IMG/VR virus record: IMGVR_UViG_3300023172_000022
Coordinates: 12,302 to 76,301 of that record
DNA: 64,000 nucleotides
Strand: one strand, 5' to 3'
Origin: a virus
Taxonomy: Duplodnaviria; Caudoviricetes
A model generated the notes under the pieces. It did not search any database. It saw only the letters and a program-made list of their open reading frames with translations, and was not told the DNA's origin. The stretch's first letter is position 1, and every line of letters starts with the position of its first letter. Of this stretch, positions 50,272 through 58,890 are shown in pieces. Made by a program: the position numbers and the translations under genes.

Positions 50272-50702
50272 TATCTTATTCTTTCTATACTAAATTGAGT
50301 AGAAAATACTTCTTCGGATGCTGGTACTTGATATGTTAATACTATAACTAGAGTATTTTCGTCTTTAAGTGGCTTGAAATTTATACTTAATTCTCTTACT
50401 CTAGGCTCAAAATTTGAAATTGCGTTTTCCATTCTATTTTTTATATTTATTACAGACATATCATCCAATGGTTCAAATATATCTTCCCAAATATTTCCAC
50501 CAAAGCTTGGTTGAAATGGTCTTTCGAAAAAATTTGTTAGAATTAAATTTTTCAAAGATTGGTTCACTGCGGCCGCATCTCTTTTTTTTCTAACATCATT
50601 TGTAATTGGATTTTTTTTAAATGATAAATCAAAATCAACAAATTGATTTTGTTTACTTTTTAATACTCCAAGTCTGTTTTCTAAATTTACTAATTCTGAC
50701 AT
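50271..50702 (-). CDS. gp25: Baseplate wedge subunit gp25
   Basis: D.DLSF..NP.T.D...D..AV.QS.KNL.LT...ERPF.P.FG...FEPRV. Confidence 0.95.
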   Translation of the reverse strand: MSELVNLENRLGVLKSKQNQFVDFDLSFKKNPITNDVRKKRDAAAVNQSLKNLILTNFFERPFQPSFGGNIWEDIFEPLDDMSVINIKNRMENAISNFEPRVRELSINFKPLKDENTLVIVLTYQVPASEEVFSTQFSIERIR

Positions 50703-50711
50703 TTTTAAAAC

Positions 50712-52226
50712 CTATGGATTTAAATCTATTTTTGGTGCTTTGATTGTGTGGTTGCCACCGGAAGTTATATCTATTTTGCCACCGACACCTGTAGTTGATT
50801 TTTTACCAACTACTAAATTAAAGTTTCCTTCGACCACTATAGTTAAATTACCACCAACATGTAAATTTTTATTACCCATAACTAAATCAAAACCATCTCC
50901 AACTGTTTTAGAAACCTTTTTCCCGTCTGGATGATATTCTTCAAAAGAACCAGATCTGTGATAAGTATGAATTCTTTCTGCGCCTGGAGTATCGTCAATT
51001 TCTAATACATGGCCTGTAGGAGTCCTTATCGCTTGATTATATGGATAAACGGCGGCATAAGGAGATTCTGGCTCAGTAAATTTAGAATTACTGACAAGTT
51101 CATTTTTTGTTTCTGAACATTCGGATTGTGGTTCATCCGGCAAACCACATCTTGTGGGCAAATCAGAATCTGCTGTTTGCGTAGGAGTTTGTGAACTATT
51201 AGTACTATTAACAGTACGATTGCCAGATTGATTATTAGTATTTACACTTTGACTTATTTCATTAGAAATACTATTCATTGATCTTTGATTTCTTTGATCA
51301 ATAACATCATCTGGTGATAACGCTGCAGCTGGGGTTCCTGTTGGGTCAGACAAAAACATCGCCCTCTCTTCCTGTCTTCTAGTTGCCAATGCATCAATAG
51401 TTTGTCCACTTGCCTTATTGTATAGTAACATTTTGTTTGCAATGGTTTCATTGTCTCTTGTACCATTATTAGTCAATTGGTCAAGTCCGCCGGGCCCAAG
51501 ATTATACGCAAAGGAAGTTAGAGCATCTCTTTGTCTTTCGTTCCAAGTGTAACCGTATTGTTTTTCTTTTTCCAAAACATATCCTCTATATTTTGCTATA
51601 TTTTGTGATAATCTAGCTTCGGCCTCTTGCTCATCAATCACTTCGCCCGGATAATTTGCCTTTGTACCATAACCAATTGAGTGTTGTTTATGATCCCAAT
51701 ATGATTTAGAACTATATCCTTCTTTTGCTTTCAAAAAACTTACCAAATCTTTACTCGCTGCATCATTAAAGGTGGTATCGGATATTTGCGAAACTTTTTG
51801 TCCACTTGGAACAACTCCTGTACCTTGTCCTGTTCCGCCATTAGCAACATCCTTAGAATAATTTCGTAGTGTTTGAGGAACTTCTTCACCTCTACCATTT
51901 CTATTGATTCCCTCACCCTGACTCCCTTTAGTGCCGGGCAAAGTGCCCCATATTATAGGTTCTTGTGCATACTCACCATCTCTAAAGAAACCGATAACCC
52001 AAGAATCGGTTCTAACACCAGTTGGACTTTGACCAATTCCACCAACTGACGCACTTGTAATTGGCATAATCGGAAGAGCCCAAGGCAAATCTTCTGTTTC
52101 AATGCCTTCATCATAAAAACCAAAAATTCTTACTTTAACTCTGCCAATTTTCAAAGGATCTTTTTCAAAATCTTCGACAACACCTGTCCACCAAACAAAA
52201 TTGTCTTTTCCAATAAAATTTAACAT
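50712..52226 (-). CDS. gp5: Baseplate central spike gp5 with OB-fold, GH24 lysozyme and beta-helix
   Basis: WWTGVVE..DPLK.GRVKVR OB-fold; EGY....YWD....SIGYG...DAL.SFAYNLG...RR.EE..MF lysozyme; YPYN...GH..E.DDTPG.ERI...H.SG; ends KIDLNP. Confidence 0.95.
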   Translation of the reverse strand: MLNFIGKDNFVWWTGVVEDFEKDPLKIGRVKVRIFGFYDEGIETEDLPWALPIMPITSASVGGIGQSPTGVRTDSWVIGFFRDGEYAQEPIIWGTLPGTKGSQGEGINRNGRGEEVPQTLRNYSKDVANGGTGQGTGVVPSGQKVSQISDTTFNDAASKDLVSFLKAKEGYSSKSYWDHKQHSIGYGTKANYPGEVIDEQEAEARLSQNIAKYRGYVLEKEKQYGYTWNERQRDALTSFAYNLGPGGLDQLTNNGTRDNETIANKMLLYNKASGQTIDALATRRQEERAMFLSDPTGTPAAALSPDDVIDQRNQRSMNSISNEISQSVNTNNQSGNRTVNSTNSSQTPTQTADSDLPTRCGLPDEPQSECSETKNELVSNSKFTEPESPYAAVYPYNQAIRTPTGHVLEIDDTPGAERIHTYHRSGSFEEYHPDGKKVSKTVGDGFDLVMGNKNLHVGGNLTIVVEGNFNLVVGKKSTTGVGGKIDITSGGNHTIKAPKIDLNP

Positions 52227-52244
52227 AAAAAAATCCTTTTTTAG

Positions 52245-52252
52245 TATTTATA
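52245..52252 (-). promoter_or_regulatory. T4-type late promoter TATAAATA between the two gp5 genes
   Basis: Exact intergenic consensus. Confidence 0.8.
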
Positions 52253-52258
52253 ATTAAA

Positions 52259-53071
52259 TTATGGGTTTAGTTCTATTTTACTACCATCAGCCTTTATTGT
52301 GATTTCTGCACCACCCAATAAATCTTTTTCCTGTGAAATTTCTTCACTATAATCACCTTTAACTAATATTTCTAAATTTTTTTGTGTTAGAATTTCATAA
52401 TCACCAGACACATGAATATATAAATCTTCAGCATATATGTCGTATGAATCATTTATGATTCTTTCTTTATAATTACCATTCGGTGCATATTCTTCATAAC
52501 TACCACTGACATGATATTTTGACAATCTTTCATTACCACCAGTGTCTGCGAGCTCTGAATGGTGGCCAGACCTACTACTATATGAGCCAGTTGTATTTGG
52601 ATATACTATATCATCTTGACTTGATGGTTCTGTTATCCTAGAAGTTTCTTTGTATTCTGATATAGTATCCTCTTTCACTTCTCTATTGATTCTATTGACA
52701 TCAGATTCAGTAACTTCACTACGTCCAACTAAAGGCCCAGTACCCTCATCTCCATACTGATCCTGTAGTGCATCATCATTAGTCACTCCGTAAATTGTAC
52801 CCCAAACTAAAGGGTCTTGTGCCGTGTGTCCATCTCTAAAAAAACCAACGCACCACGAACCCTTTACAACTCCAACTGGAGATTGACCAATATTATTTAC
52901 ACATGCACTTGTAATTGGCATGATAGGTAGGGCCCACGGTAAATCTTCTTCAGAAATGTCGTCATCATGGAATCCATAAATTCTTACTTTTACTCTACCT
53001 ATTTTTAGTGGGTCATCCTTTACATTTTCAATAACACCTGTCCACCATAAAAAATCTTTCTCATTAAACAT
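52259..53071 (-). CDS. gp5: Second gp5-like spike protein lacking the lysozyme domain
   Basis: Closely similar OB-fold, YPN...SGH..E..DT.G.ER....H.SGSYEEY, short beta-helix; ends KIELNP. Confidence 0.85.
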   Translation of the reverse strand: MFNEKDFLWWTGVIENVKDDPLKIGRVKVRIYGFHDDDISEEDLPWALPIMPITSACVNNIGQSPVGVVKGSWCVGFFRDGHTAQDPLVWGTIYGVTNDDALQDQYGDEGTGPLVGRSEVTESDVNRINREVKEDTISEYKETSRITEPSSQDDIVYPNTTGSYSSRSGHHSELADTGGNERLSKYHVSGSYEEYAPNGNYKERIINDSYDIYAEDLYIHVSGDYEILTQKNLEILVKGDYSEEISQEKDLLGGAEITIKADGSKIELNP

Positions 53072-54336
53072 TAAAATGCACCTGTCGAATCATAATCATA
53101 ATACGGCAAACCAGTTTTAATTGGTTGTGGTTGAGGATATGGATCGCCTTGCGAATCTCTAACACATTCCACACTAGAAAGATAACCATTTTTTGGAGAA
53201 AATGTATGTTTCACGGCTGTCACCAACCAATTTCCTGATATTTTTGGATTTTCCGCACCGGCCGAACCAAAAACAAAAGATGGGAAAGTAATGTCTATAA
53301 GTTTACCAGCATTTACTTGCGTATCTCCAAAGGCAGTAAAAACCAGTTTTAAATTATCAAATAATTGTAGTTGGGCTTTACGTCTTAGAAAAGTTTGTTC
53401 ATAATTATATGTCATATCTGTATTTTCTGGTAAAAGAAATAAAGAATCTGGATGAAATTGTTTGCCTTGTCCACTTATATCAAATAATGGTTGAGACTCT
53501 ATTCTATCTACACTATTATATTGATCATAAATGTTATATTCTATACCAGTCACATTTTTGTTTATAATGTCTATCAATTTAGCTTTACCACCATACATAC
53601 TTTTTATCATATTTTGCATCACATTAAAATGAGATTCAAATTTAAATGTTATTATGTTTTTATCTTCAGTATTTGCATCCAATGTAACATTTGGAATACC
53701 ATACTTGTAAAAAAACTGTGGTTCTGCATTGGTTAATTCTGACAGACTTTGGAAATTATGTCCTTGAACATCTTCCCAAAATAAAAAATCAGCGGCCCCT
53801 TGTCTAAACGCCTTAGTTGCCATCCAATTAATTGCTTTCATAGGTGTCATCCCAGGCACTATTAGTTTTTGATTATCTTCCGAAGAAGATTTTATCAACC
53901 CCCGCTGAGAACCTAGAGTATTATATAACTCTTGCACAATATCAGATGCCGCGCCTTCAAATGCACGCGATATTCTTGTTTCGTAGTTTGTAATTTGTTC
54001 AGGAGTCACAAGATGAAGAGTAAAGCTTGTCGTGCCCTGATCGACAGAAAAATCAGTTAGTTTATACACAACCATATTTAATTCTATAGGTAATCTGGTA
54101 TCGCCCGGATGATTGACTTTTATACGCACAGTTTCTTGGCCAATAATTGGCAATGCATCAATCAAATCTTGTGTTGTTACAATACTAATAGTTGCAGTTA
54201 TACTATCTCCAAAAATATCTTCATAGATTTCAACTAATGTGTATGTTGCTTCCAATTTCATTGTATAACCATTATGTCCTGTTATGGACAATTCCATCAT
54301 GTCATAATCGCCTGGCTTTGTTATTCCTACTGACAT
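53071..54336 (-). CDS. gp27: Baseplate hub protein, gp27-like
   Basis: IYEDIF...LPIIGQE.V, P...P..AI.W, FLFWE...G.NF.SL, GD....AG..I, SG.WLVT.V.H; lies between gp53 and gp5. Confidence 0.75.
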   Translation of the reverse strand: MSVGITKPGDYDMMELSITGHNGYTMKLEATYTLVEIYEDIFGDSITATISIVTTQDLIDALPIIGQETVRIKVNHPGDTRLPIELNMVVYKLTDFSVDQGTTSFTLHLVTPEQITNYETRISRAFEGAASDIVQELYNTLGSQRGLIKSSSEDNQKLIVPGMTPMKAINWMATKAFRQGAADFLFWEDVQGHNFQSLSELTNAEPQFFYKYGIPNVTLDANTEDKNIITFKFESHFNVMQNMIKSMYGGKAKLIDIINKNVTGIEYNIYDQYNSVDRIESQPLFDISGQGKQFHPDSLFLLPENTDMTYNYEQTFLRRKAQLQLFDNLKLVFTAFGDTQVNAGKLIDITFPSFVFGSAGAENPKISGNWLVTAVKHTFSPKNGYLSSVECVRDSQGDPYPQPQPIKTGLPYYDYDSTGAF

Positions 54337-54347
54337 AATTTATCCTA

Positions 54348-54956
54348 TCAAATTTTAATCATTTTTTCAAATTCAGTTATAAAATCTTCTAAATAATTTA
54401 ATCTTAGTAATTTTATAACTCTATTTTTTTCATTTCTATCAAACTCATACTCGTAAACCGAATATTTTTCAAAAGTTTTAAACTGGTAGTATGTGATTTT
54501 GTTAAACGGCGGTGTTAAATCGCCGGCGTCTTCTTTAGGATTCTCGAATTTATTCTTAAACCAATTATTAATCAACATATAAGTTGATGGACTCATTTTA
54601 GTAGAATTGTTGTAATAGTAATATGCGTTTTCAGTTTCTTTTATATCTTCGTATTTCTCGTCCATATATCTTTGAAAATTTTCACTTGATTTTGGCCACT
54701 CAGAATAATAATCACGTATGTCATTAAAAAACAAAATTATCCACCAATAGTTTGGATTTTCATAATAAAGTTCAGCAATTTTCCAAGGCGTTTCACCATC
54801 TTTAATTTCGTATTCATAATGAGTTAAAGGATTATTTGCAAATGCATCTACAACTTTCGTTGTGATAAATATATTTTTCATCAGTTTTGGTTCGTTTAGT
54901 AACTGAATATCATATTTTATATTGGGTAATTTAGAAAAAAGTGTAGAACCCGCCAT
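54348..54956 (-). CDS. gp53: Baseplate wedge protein gp53 (LysM-like)
   Basis: FSKLPNI.Y, Y.I.DGETP..IA...Y.....WIIL..N.I.D...EWP, and EYE...NE..R.IKLL. Confidence 0.9.
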   Translation of the reverse strand: MAGSTLFSKLPNIKYDIQLLNEPKLMKNIFITTKVVDAFANNPLTHYEYEIKDGETPWKIAELYYENPNYWWIILFFNDIRDYYSEWPKSSENFQRYMDEKYEDIKETENAYYYYNNSTKMSPSTYMLINNWFKNKFENPKEDAGDLTPPFNKITYYQFKTFEKYSVYEYEFDRNEKNRVIKLLRLNYLEDFITEFEKMIKI

Positions 54957-55778
54957 TTAAAATCCTTTCTCTACATCATCTTGTGTTACTTGGAGAAGTT
55001 CTAAAAATGTTAAATTCATTTCAGTAAATAATGGAGTACCATCTCTTAATATTTCAAAAGAACCTTCTCCACCATAATTTACTTCACAGGAAGTTAAGAC
55101 ACAAGGTTTAAATCTATGAAGTACGGTTGATGCAGGACCGTGATATGATATTAAAAATGTTTGTGGTGCCTTATAAAAGAATTTTTCATAATCAATATTA
55201 GGCATCATTGCACTCCTAAAAGATTTAACAATCTGAGTAACCGCCGGTGCTTCAGTGTCATTTTTTGGTACAAATTTGTAATTGAAACTAAATTGTCTAA
55301 AAGATGGACCCTCTAATAGTTGATATTGTGCTGCATTTCCGATCATATCGTTATTTTCTCGCAAAGCACCTTCTGAACCAATTAGAGTGTCTAAGGCACT
55401 GAAGCCGCCACCAAGAGCGATGCCTGATATAGCACCAGTTAACGCCTCTCCTATGCCTTTTGTACTTTTTTGTGCTAAGGCAGCTGCGCCTCTTGACTCA
55501 TCCTGTTTATATGCAACATCGTGCGTGACACTAATTTGTTCTGGAATATAAAGGTCAATAACTGTGTGAATATTCCCAGCCTCGAAATTCAATCCACCAG
55601 CTTCTTTCACATGTTGAATTGGTTTTTGTGTAGATATACCAAACTTTACAAAACTATGTAAATCAATCATACCTAAATTAGAAGGATACTTGAGAGAACT
55701 AGTTTGATACCCCTTTGATTGATTGCCGTGCATGACAGAAAATGGCCCGTCATTTTTTGCATAACCTGCGTAATTCAC
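54957..55778 (-). CDS. gp48: Baseplate tail tube cap gp48
   Basis: I.LY.P, GP.FR.FSF.YKF.P.N..EA..V..IV..FR..M.P and F..CVLT...VNY; GTG start with AGGAG RBS. Confidence 0.85.
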   Translation of the reverse strand: MNYAGYAKNDGPFSVMHGNQSKGYQTSSLKYPSNLGMIDLHSFVKFGISTQKPIQHVKEAGGLNFEAGNIHTVIDLYIPEQISVTHDVAYKQDESRGAAALAQKSTKGIGEALTGAISGIALGGGFSALDTLIGSEGALRENNDMIGNAAQYQLLEGPSFRQFSFNYKFVPKNDTEAPAVTQIVKSFRSAMMPNIDYEKFFYKAPQTFLISYHGPASTVLHRFKPCVLTSCEVNYGGEGSFEILRDGTPLFTEMNLTFLELLQVTQDDVEKGF

Positions 55779-55807
55779 TTTATTATCTCCTAAATATTCT
55801 TTACCAC

Positions 55808-55815
55808 TATTTATA
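55808..55815 (-). promoter_or_regulatory. T4-type late promoter TATAAATA driving the leftward baseplate operon
   Basis: Exact consensus in the divergent gp48/gp4 gap. Confidence 0.8.
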
Positions 55816-55831
55816 AAGGTTTTTTTATGTA

Positions 55832-56278
55832 ATGCACAAGAGATTTACCTATAAAGGAAAATATACGCCCCAAAATCCAGAAAAATACAAAGGTAATTCT
55901 AAAAATATCATATATCGGTCTATGTGGGAGCGTAGATTCATGAAATATTGCGACAACAATCCATCTGTACTTGCATGGGCAAGTGAAGAATTGGTTATTC
56001 CATACCTTTCTCCAGTAGACAATAAAAAACATCGTTACTATCCTGATTTTGTGGTAAGATTACTAGACAAAGATAACGAAATAAAAACGATAGTCATAGA
56101 AGTCAAGCCAAAAAGAGAAACAGCACCGCCCAAAAAAAGAAAAAATAAAACCTTTAAGTATTTAGAAGAAGTTCGAGTATGGGGAGTCAATGACGCAAAA
56201 TGGAAAGCTGCAAAAAAGTTTTGTGAAGAAAAAGGATGGGAGTTTAAAATTTTAACAGAGGATCATTTGGTTAAATAA
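55832..56278 (+). CDS. gp4: Head completion protein gp4 (TnsA-like nuclease fold)
   Basis: YKGKY.P.NP.KY.G....I.YRS.WER.FM.YCD, W.SEE..IPY..P.D...HRY.PDF, IEVKP, N.AKW.AA. Confidence 0.95.
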   Translation: MHKRFTYKGKYTPQNPEKYKGNSKNIIYRSMWERRFMKYCDNNPSVLAWASEELVIPYLSPVDNKKHRYYPDFVVRLLDKDNEIKTIVIEVKPKRETAPPKKRKNKTFKYLEEVRVWGVNDAKWKAAKKFCEEKGWEFKILTEDHLVK

Positions 56279-56283
56279 AGTCA

Positions 56284-56291
56284 TATAAATA
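56284..56291 (+). promoter_or_regulatory. T4-type late promoter TATAAATA
   Basis: Exact consensus upstream of the GGAG RBS of gp2. Confidence 0.8.
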
Positions 56292-56315
56292 TGAACAAAG
56301 ACTTTTGGAGTAACT

Positions 56316-56897
56316 ATGGCGGCAAATTTCGATATATTACTAAACAGAATGCTACGGGCGGGGGTGACCCCCAACACAACCGCAGCTAGAAACTGGTTTA
56401 GAAACAAAATTAGAGATGCAAGAGTGTCTAGACAATCATTGTTATCTGATGGTGATAGGAGAAGGGCGCGCCCTACTATTGGTAGAATGTATTGTTATGC
56501 ATATGATCCAAAATACGGAGAAAAATTACCATATTACGATGAATTTCCACTAATTTTTATGGTAAAACCAGAGCCAGGCGGGTTTTTAGGAATAAATCTA
56601 CACTATGTATCGCCGAGAAACAGAATTATAATAATGGATTCTCTTTCAAAAATTGCAAATAATAATAAATATGATGATTCTACCAAACTGCAACTAACTT
56701 GGAAAGCATTAACTAATCTATCAAAGTTTAATATGATAAAACCATGCGTAAAAAAGTATCTATATAGTCAGGTTAGATCAAAATTTGTCATGATTGATGC
56801 AAACGAATGGGACTTGGGAATATTTTTACCTGTACAAAAATTCAAAAAGGCATCTGCATCAAAAGTTTGGTCAGATTCCGCACAAATGGGAAGATAA
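56316..56897 (+). CDS. gp2: DNA end protector protein gp2
   Basis: G.MY.Y.YDPK....LPYYD.FPL, GF.G.NLHY, PC.K.YL...V.S and W....FLP...F.K.....VW.DS. Confidence 0.95.
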   Translation: MAANFDILLNRMLRAGVTPNTTAARNWFRNKIRDARVSRQSLLSDGDRRRARPTIGRMYCYAYDPKYGEKLPYYDEFPLIFMVKPEPGGFLGINLHYVSPRNRIIIMDSLSKIANNNKYDDSTKLQLTWKALTNLSKFNMIKPCVKKYLYSQVRSKFVMIDANEWDLGIFLPVQKFKKASASKVWSDSAQMGR

Positions 56898-57707
56898 ATG
56901 TTTAGCGTAGACACAATAAAAAATACATTCAATAAAACTGGAGTTACAAAAGGTAACAAATATGCCTTGGAAATTGTAAAACCAGTTGGAATGGTAGGAA
57001 TTCAAGATATCGATTTACAAGATATTCGAGTGAGAATTAATTCTGTAGAATTGCCAGGAAAACAAGTCGCAACAAGTGAAGTTAAATATTATGGACCACT
57101 AACAAAAAGACCTTATGGACAAATTTTTGAGGATTTAACTTGCGAGATTATTTGTTCTGCAAATTTGATTGAAAGAAGATTTTTTAGTCACTGGATGGAC
57201 TTTGCATACGATCCAGTACAAGCAAGAGCTGGATATTACCAAGAATATGTAACACAAACCAAGTTTAAATCGTTTGGAGAACACGGCGGAGAATTTTTAT
57301 ATGAATGCACATTTGATGAGTGTTATCCGATTTCGATAGGACCTCTAAATTATGCTTATGGGAATGAAGATTTACTCACAATGCAAGTAACTTTTGCATA
57401 CAAAAAGTGGTATGATCAACATAACAACTTCCCGTCAGGTGGTAATGCTGCCACGGGGTTTGATGCATATGACAGTACAATAAGTGCCAGTCTAAATCAA
57501 GCAACAGAATATATGAACGCACTTCAGTCTGGATTGCAAAACCTTTCAGTCGAGTTTGGTCCATATGGTATTAATTTTAATGGAATTCCAGAAATACCAA
57601 ACATTGATATTCATCAAACATTGGGAGGCGCAGCAAGATCGTTGTCTGGAAATTTAAAAAATAATGCTAAAAATAGTTTGAATAATTTTATAAGTCGTGC
57701 ATTTTAA
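56898..57707 (+). CDS. gp54: Baseplate tail tube initiator gp54-like (tube fold)
   Basis: V.LPG......E..Y.G.....PY...F, ER.FF..W, YP..IG...Y.......L....VTFAY..W. Confidence 0.75.
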   Translation: MFSVDTIKNTFNKTGVTKGNKYALEIVKPVGMVGIQDIDLQDIRVRINSVELPGKQVATSEVKYYGPLTKRPYGQIFEDLTCEIICSANLIERRFFSHWMDFAYDPVQARAGYYQEYVTQTKFKSFGEHGGEFLYECTFDECYPISIGPLNYAYGNEDLLTMQVTFAYKKWYDQHNNFPSGGNAATGFDAYDSTISASLNQATEYMNALQSGLQNLSVEFGPYGINFNGIPEIPNIDIHQTLGGAARSLSGNLKNNAKNSLNNFISRAF

Positions 57708-57732
57708 TTGATTATATTATAGGAGAAAAATT

Positions 57733-58476
57733 ATGACTTTACCAGTGTTGGACCAACCAACTTATGAATTGACTTTACCATCTACATCTAAAAAAATCAG
57801 ATATCGTCCTTTCTTAGTAAAGGAAGAAAAAATATTATTGATGGCTCAAGAAGGTGGAGATTTAGGAGAGCAAATAGAATCTGTCAAACAGATTATTAGA
57901 AACTGTATTATTACTAAAGATGTGAAAATAGAAAAATTATCTACGTTTGATATTGAATACATTTTTGTAAAAATTAGATCAAAATCTGTAGGACAAAATA
58001 TAGAGTTGCAATATAGAAGAGATGATTGTAAAGAAGTTTTGGATGAAGATAATAATCCGCCACCAAGAACTTGTCAAATCGATTTTATAGTCAATTTAGA
58101 TGAAGTTTATATTGACAAAGTGGATACACACACAAATAAAATTCAATTAACAGACAATATTGGAATTTTTATGAAATATCCAGATTTTAAGATGTTGCAT
58201 AAAATATCAACAATGAATAATTATGAAGAAATGATAGAAGTTATTGGTGATTGTATTGAAACAATTTATATGAATGAAGAACTATACGATCCAAAAGAAT
58301 ATACAAACGAAGAATTAAATAATTTTCTAGAAAGTTTTTCTCAAGAACAATTTCAAAGGGTTAGTAATTTTTTTGATACAATGCCACAAACAGCATATGA
58401 CGCACAAATGGTTTGCAGAAAGTGTGGATGGAGAAATGAATTAAAATTGAGAGGAATTACGGATTTTTTCGTATAA
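57733..58476 (+). CDS. gp26: Baseplate hub assembly protein gp26-like
   Basis: LP....P.YEL.LPS..K.I.YRPFLVKEEK.LL.A, FDIEY.F..IR.KSVG, MKYP, FF..MP, and C-terminal L.G..DFF. Confidence 0.9.
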   Translation: MTLPVLDQPTYELTLPSTSKKIRYRPFLVKEEKILLMAQEGGDLGEQIESVKQIIRNCIITKDVKIEKLSTFDIEYIFVKIRSKSVGQNIELQYRRDDCKEVLDEDNNPPPRTCQIDFIVNLDEVYIDKVDTHTNKIQLTDNIGIFMKYPDFKMLHKISTMNNYEEMIEVIGDCIETIYMNEELYDPKEYTNEELNNFLESFSQEQFQRVSNFFDTMPQTAYDAQMVCRKCGWRNELKLRGITDFFV

Positions 58477-58643
58477 GCTTATATCATGAAAGTCTGGTAT
58501 CTCTGTACCAGACAAATTTTTCTCTTATGCAATATCATAAATACAGTTTAACAGAGTTAGAAAATATGATACCTTGGGAACGAGAAATATATATAACAAT
58601 GTTGATTAACTATATTAAAGAATTGGAAAGCAAAAGAGGATAG
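58464..58643 (+). CDS. gp51: gp51-like baseplate hub assembly catalyst, probably expressed as a -1 frameshift extension of gp26
   Basis: Absent from the ORF track. The -1 frame reads FFRISLYHESLVSLYQTNFSLMQYHKYSLTELENMIPWEREIYITMLINYIKELESKRG*, matching the marine gp51 pattern. The first in-frame ATG is at 58527, inside the conserved block. Confidence 0.85.
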   Translation, partial: FFRISLYHESLVSLYQTNFSLMQYHKYSLTELENMIPWEREIYITMLINYIKELESKRG

Positions 58644-58644
58644 T

Positions 58645-58890
58645 ATGGAAACGACCGAAAACAGAGAAAACAAGTTTCAATCTTGGATTGATTTAGCACA
58701 AGCAATAGATTCTTGGAGAATATTCCCAAGAATTTTTATCACAACATATATCTATCTACTCTATGCTGTAGTATCTTGGTTTATGACACTATCAAATCCA
58801 AATCTAGAACAATCTGGCTTAGTGAGTATTGTAGTAGGCGCAGGGGCTGCTTGGTTTGGATTGTATCTTGGTTCAGGAGGCAAGAAATAA
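58645..58890 (+). CDS. Small two-TM membrane protein (possible holin)
   Basis: D.WRIFPR, two hydrophobic helices and a basic C-terminus; GAGGA RBS. Confidence 0.6.
   Translation: METTENRENKFQSWIDLAQAIDSWRIFPRIFITTYIYLLYAVVSWFMTLSNPNLEQSGLVSIVVGAGAAWFGLYLGSGGKK

Noticed and set aside
55832-56278. TnsA-like nuclease read as a transposon or homing endonuclease
   Set aside because: Sequence and position next to gp2 match the core T4 head completion protein gp4.
48391-57707. Contractile-tail genes interpreted as a bacterial T6SS/eCIS or tailocin locus
   Set aside because: gp2, gp4, gp32, T4 late promoters and a UUCG terminator indicate a lytic T4-like phage genome.
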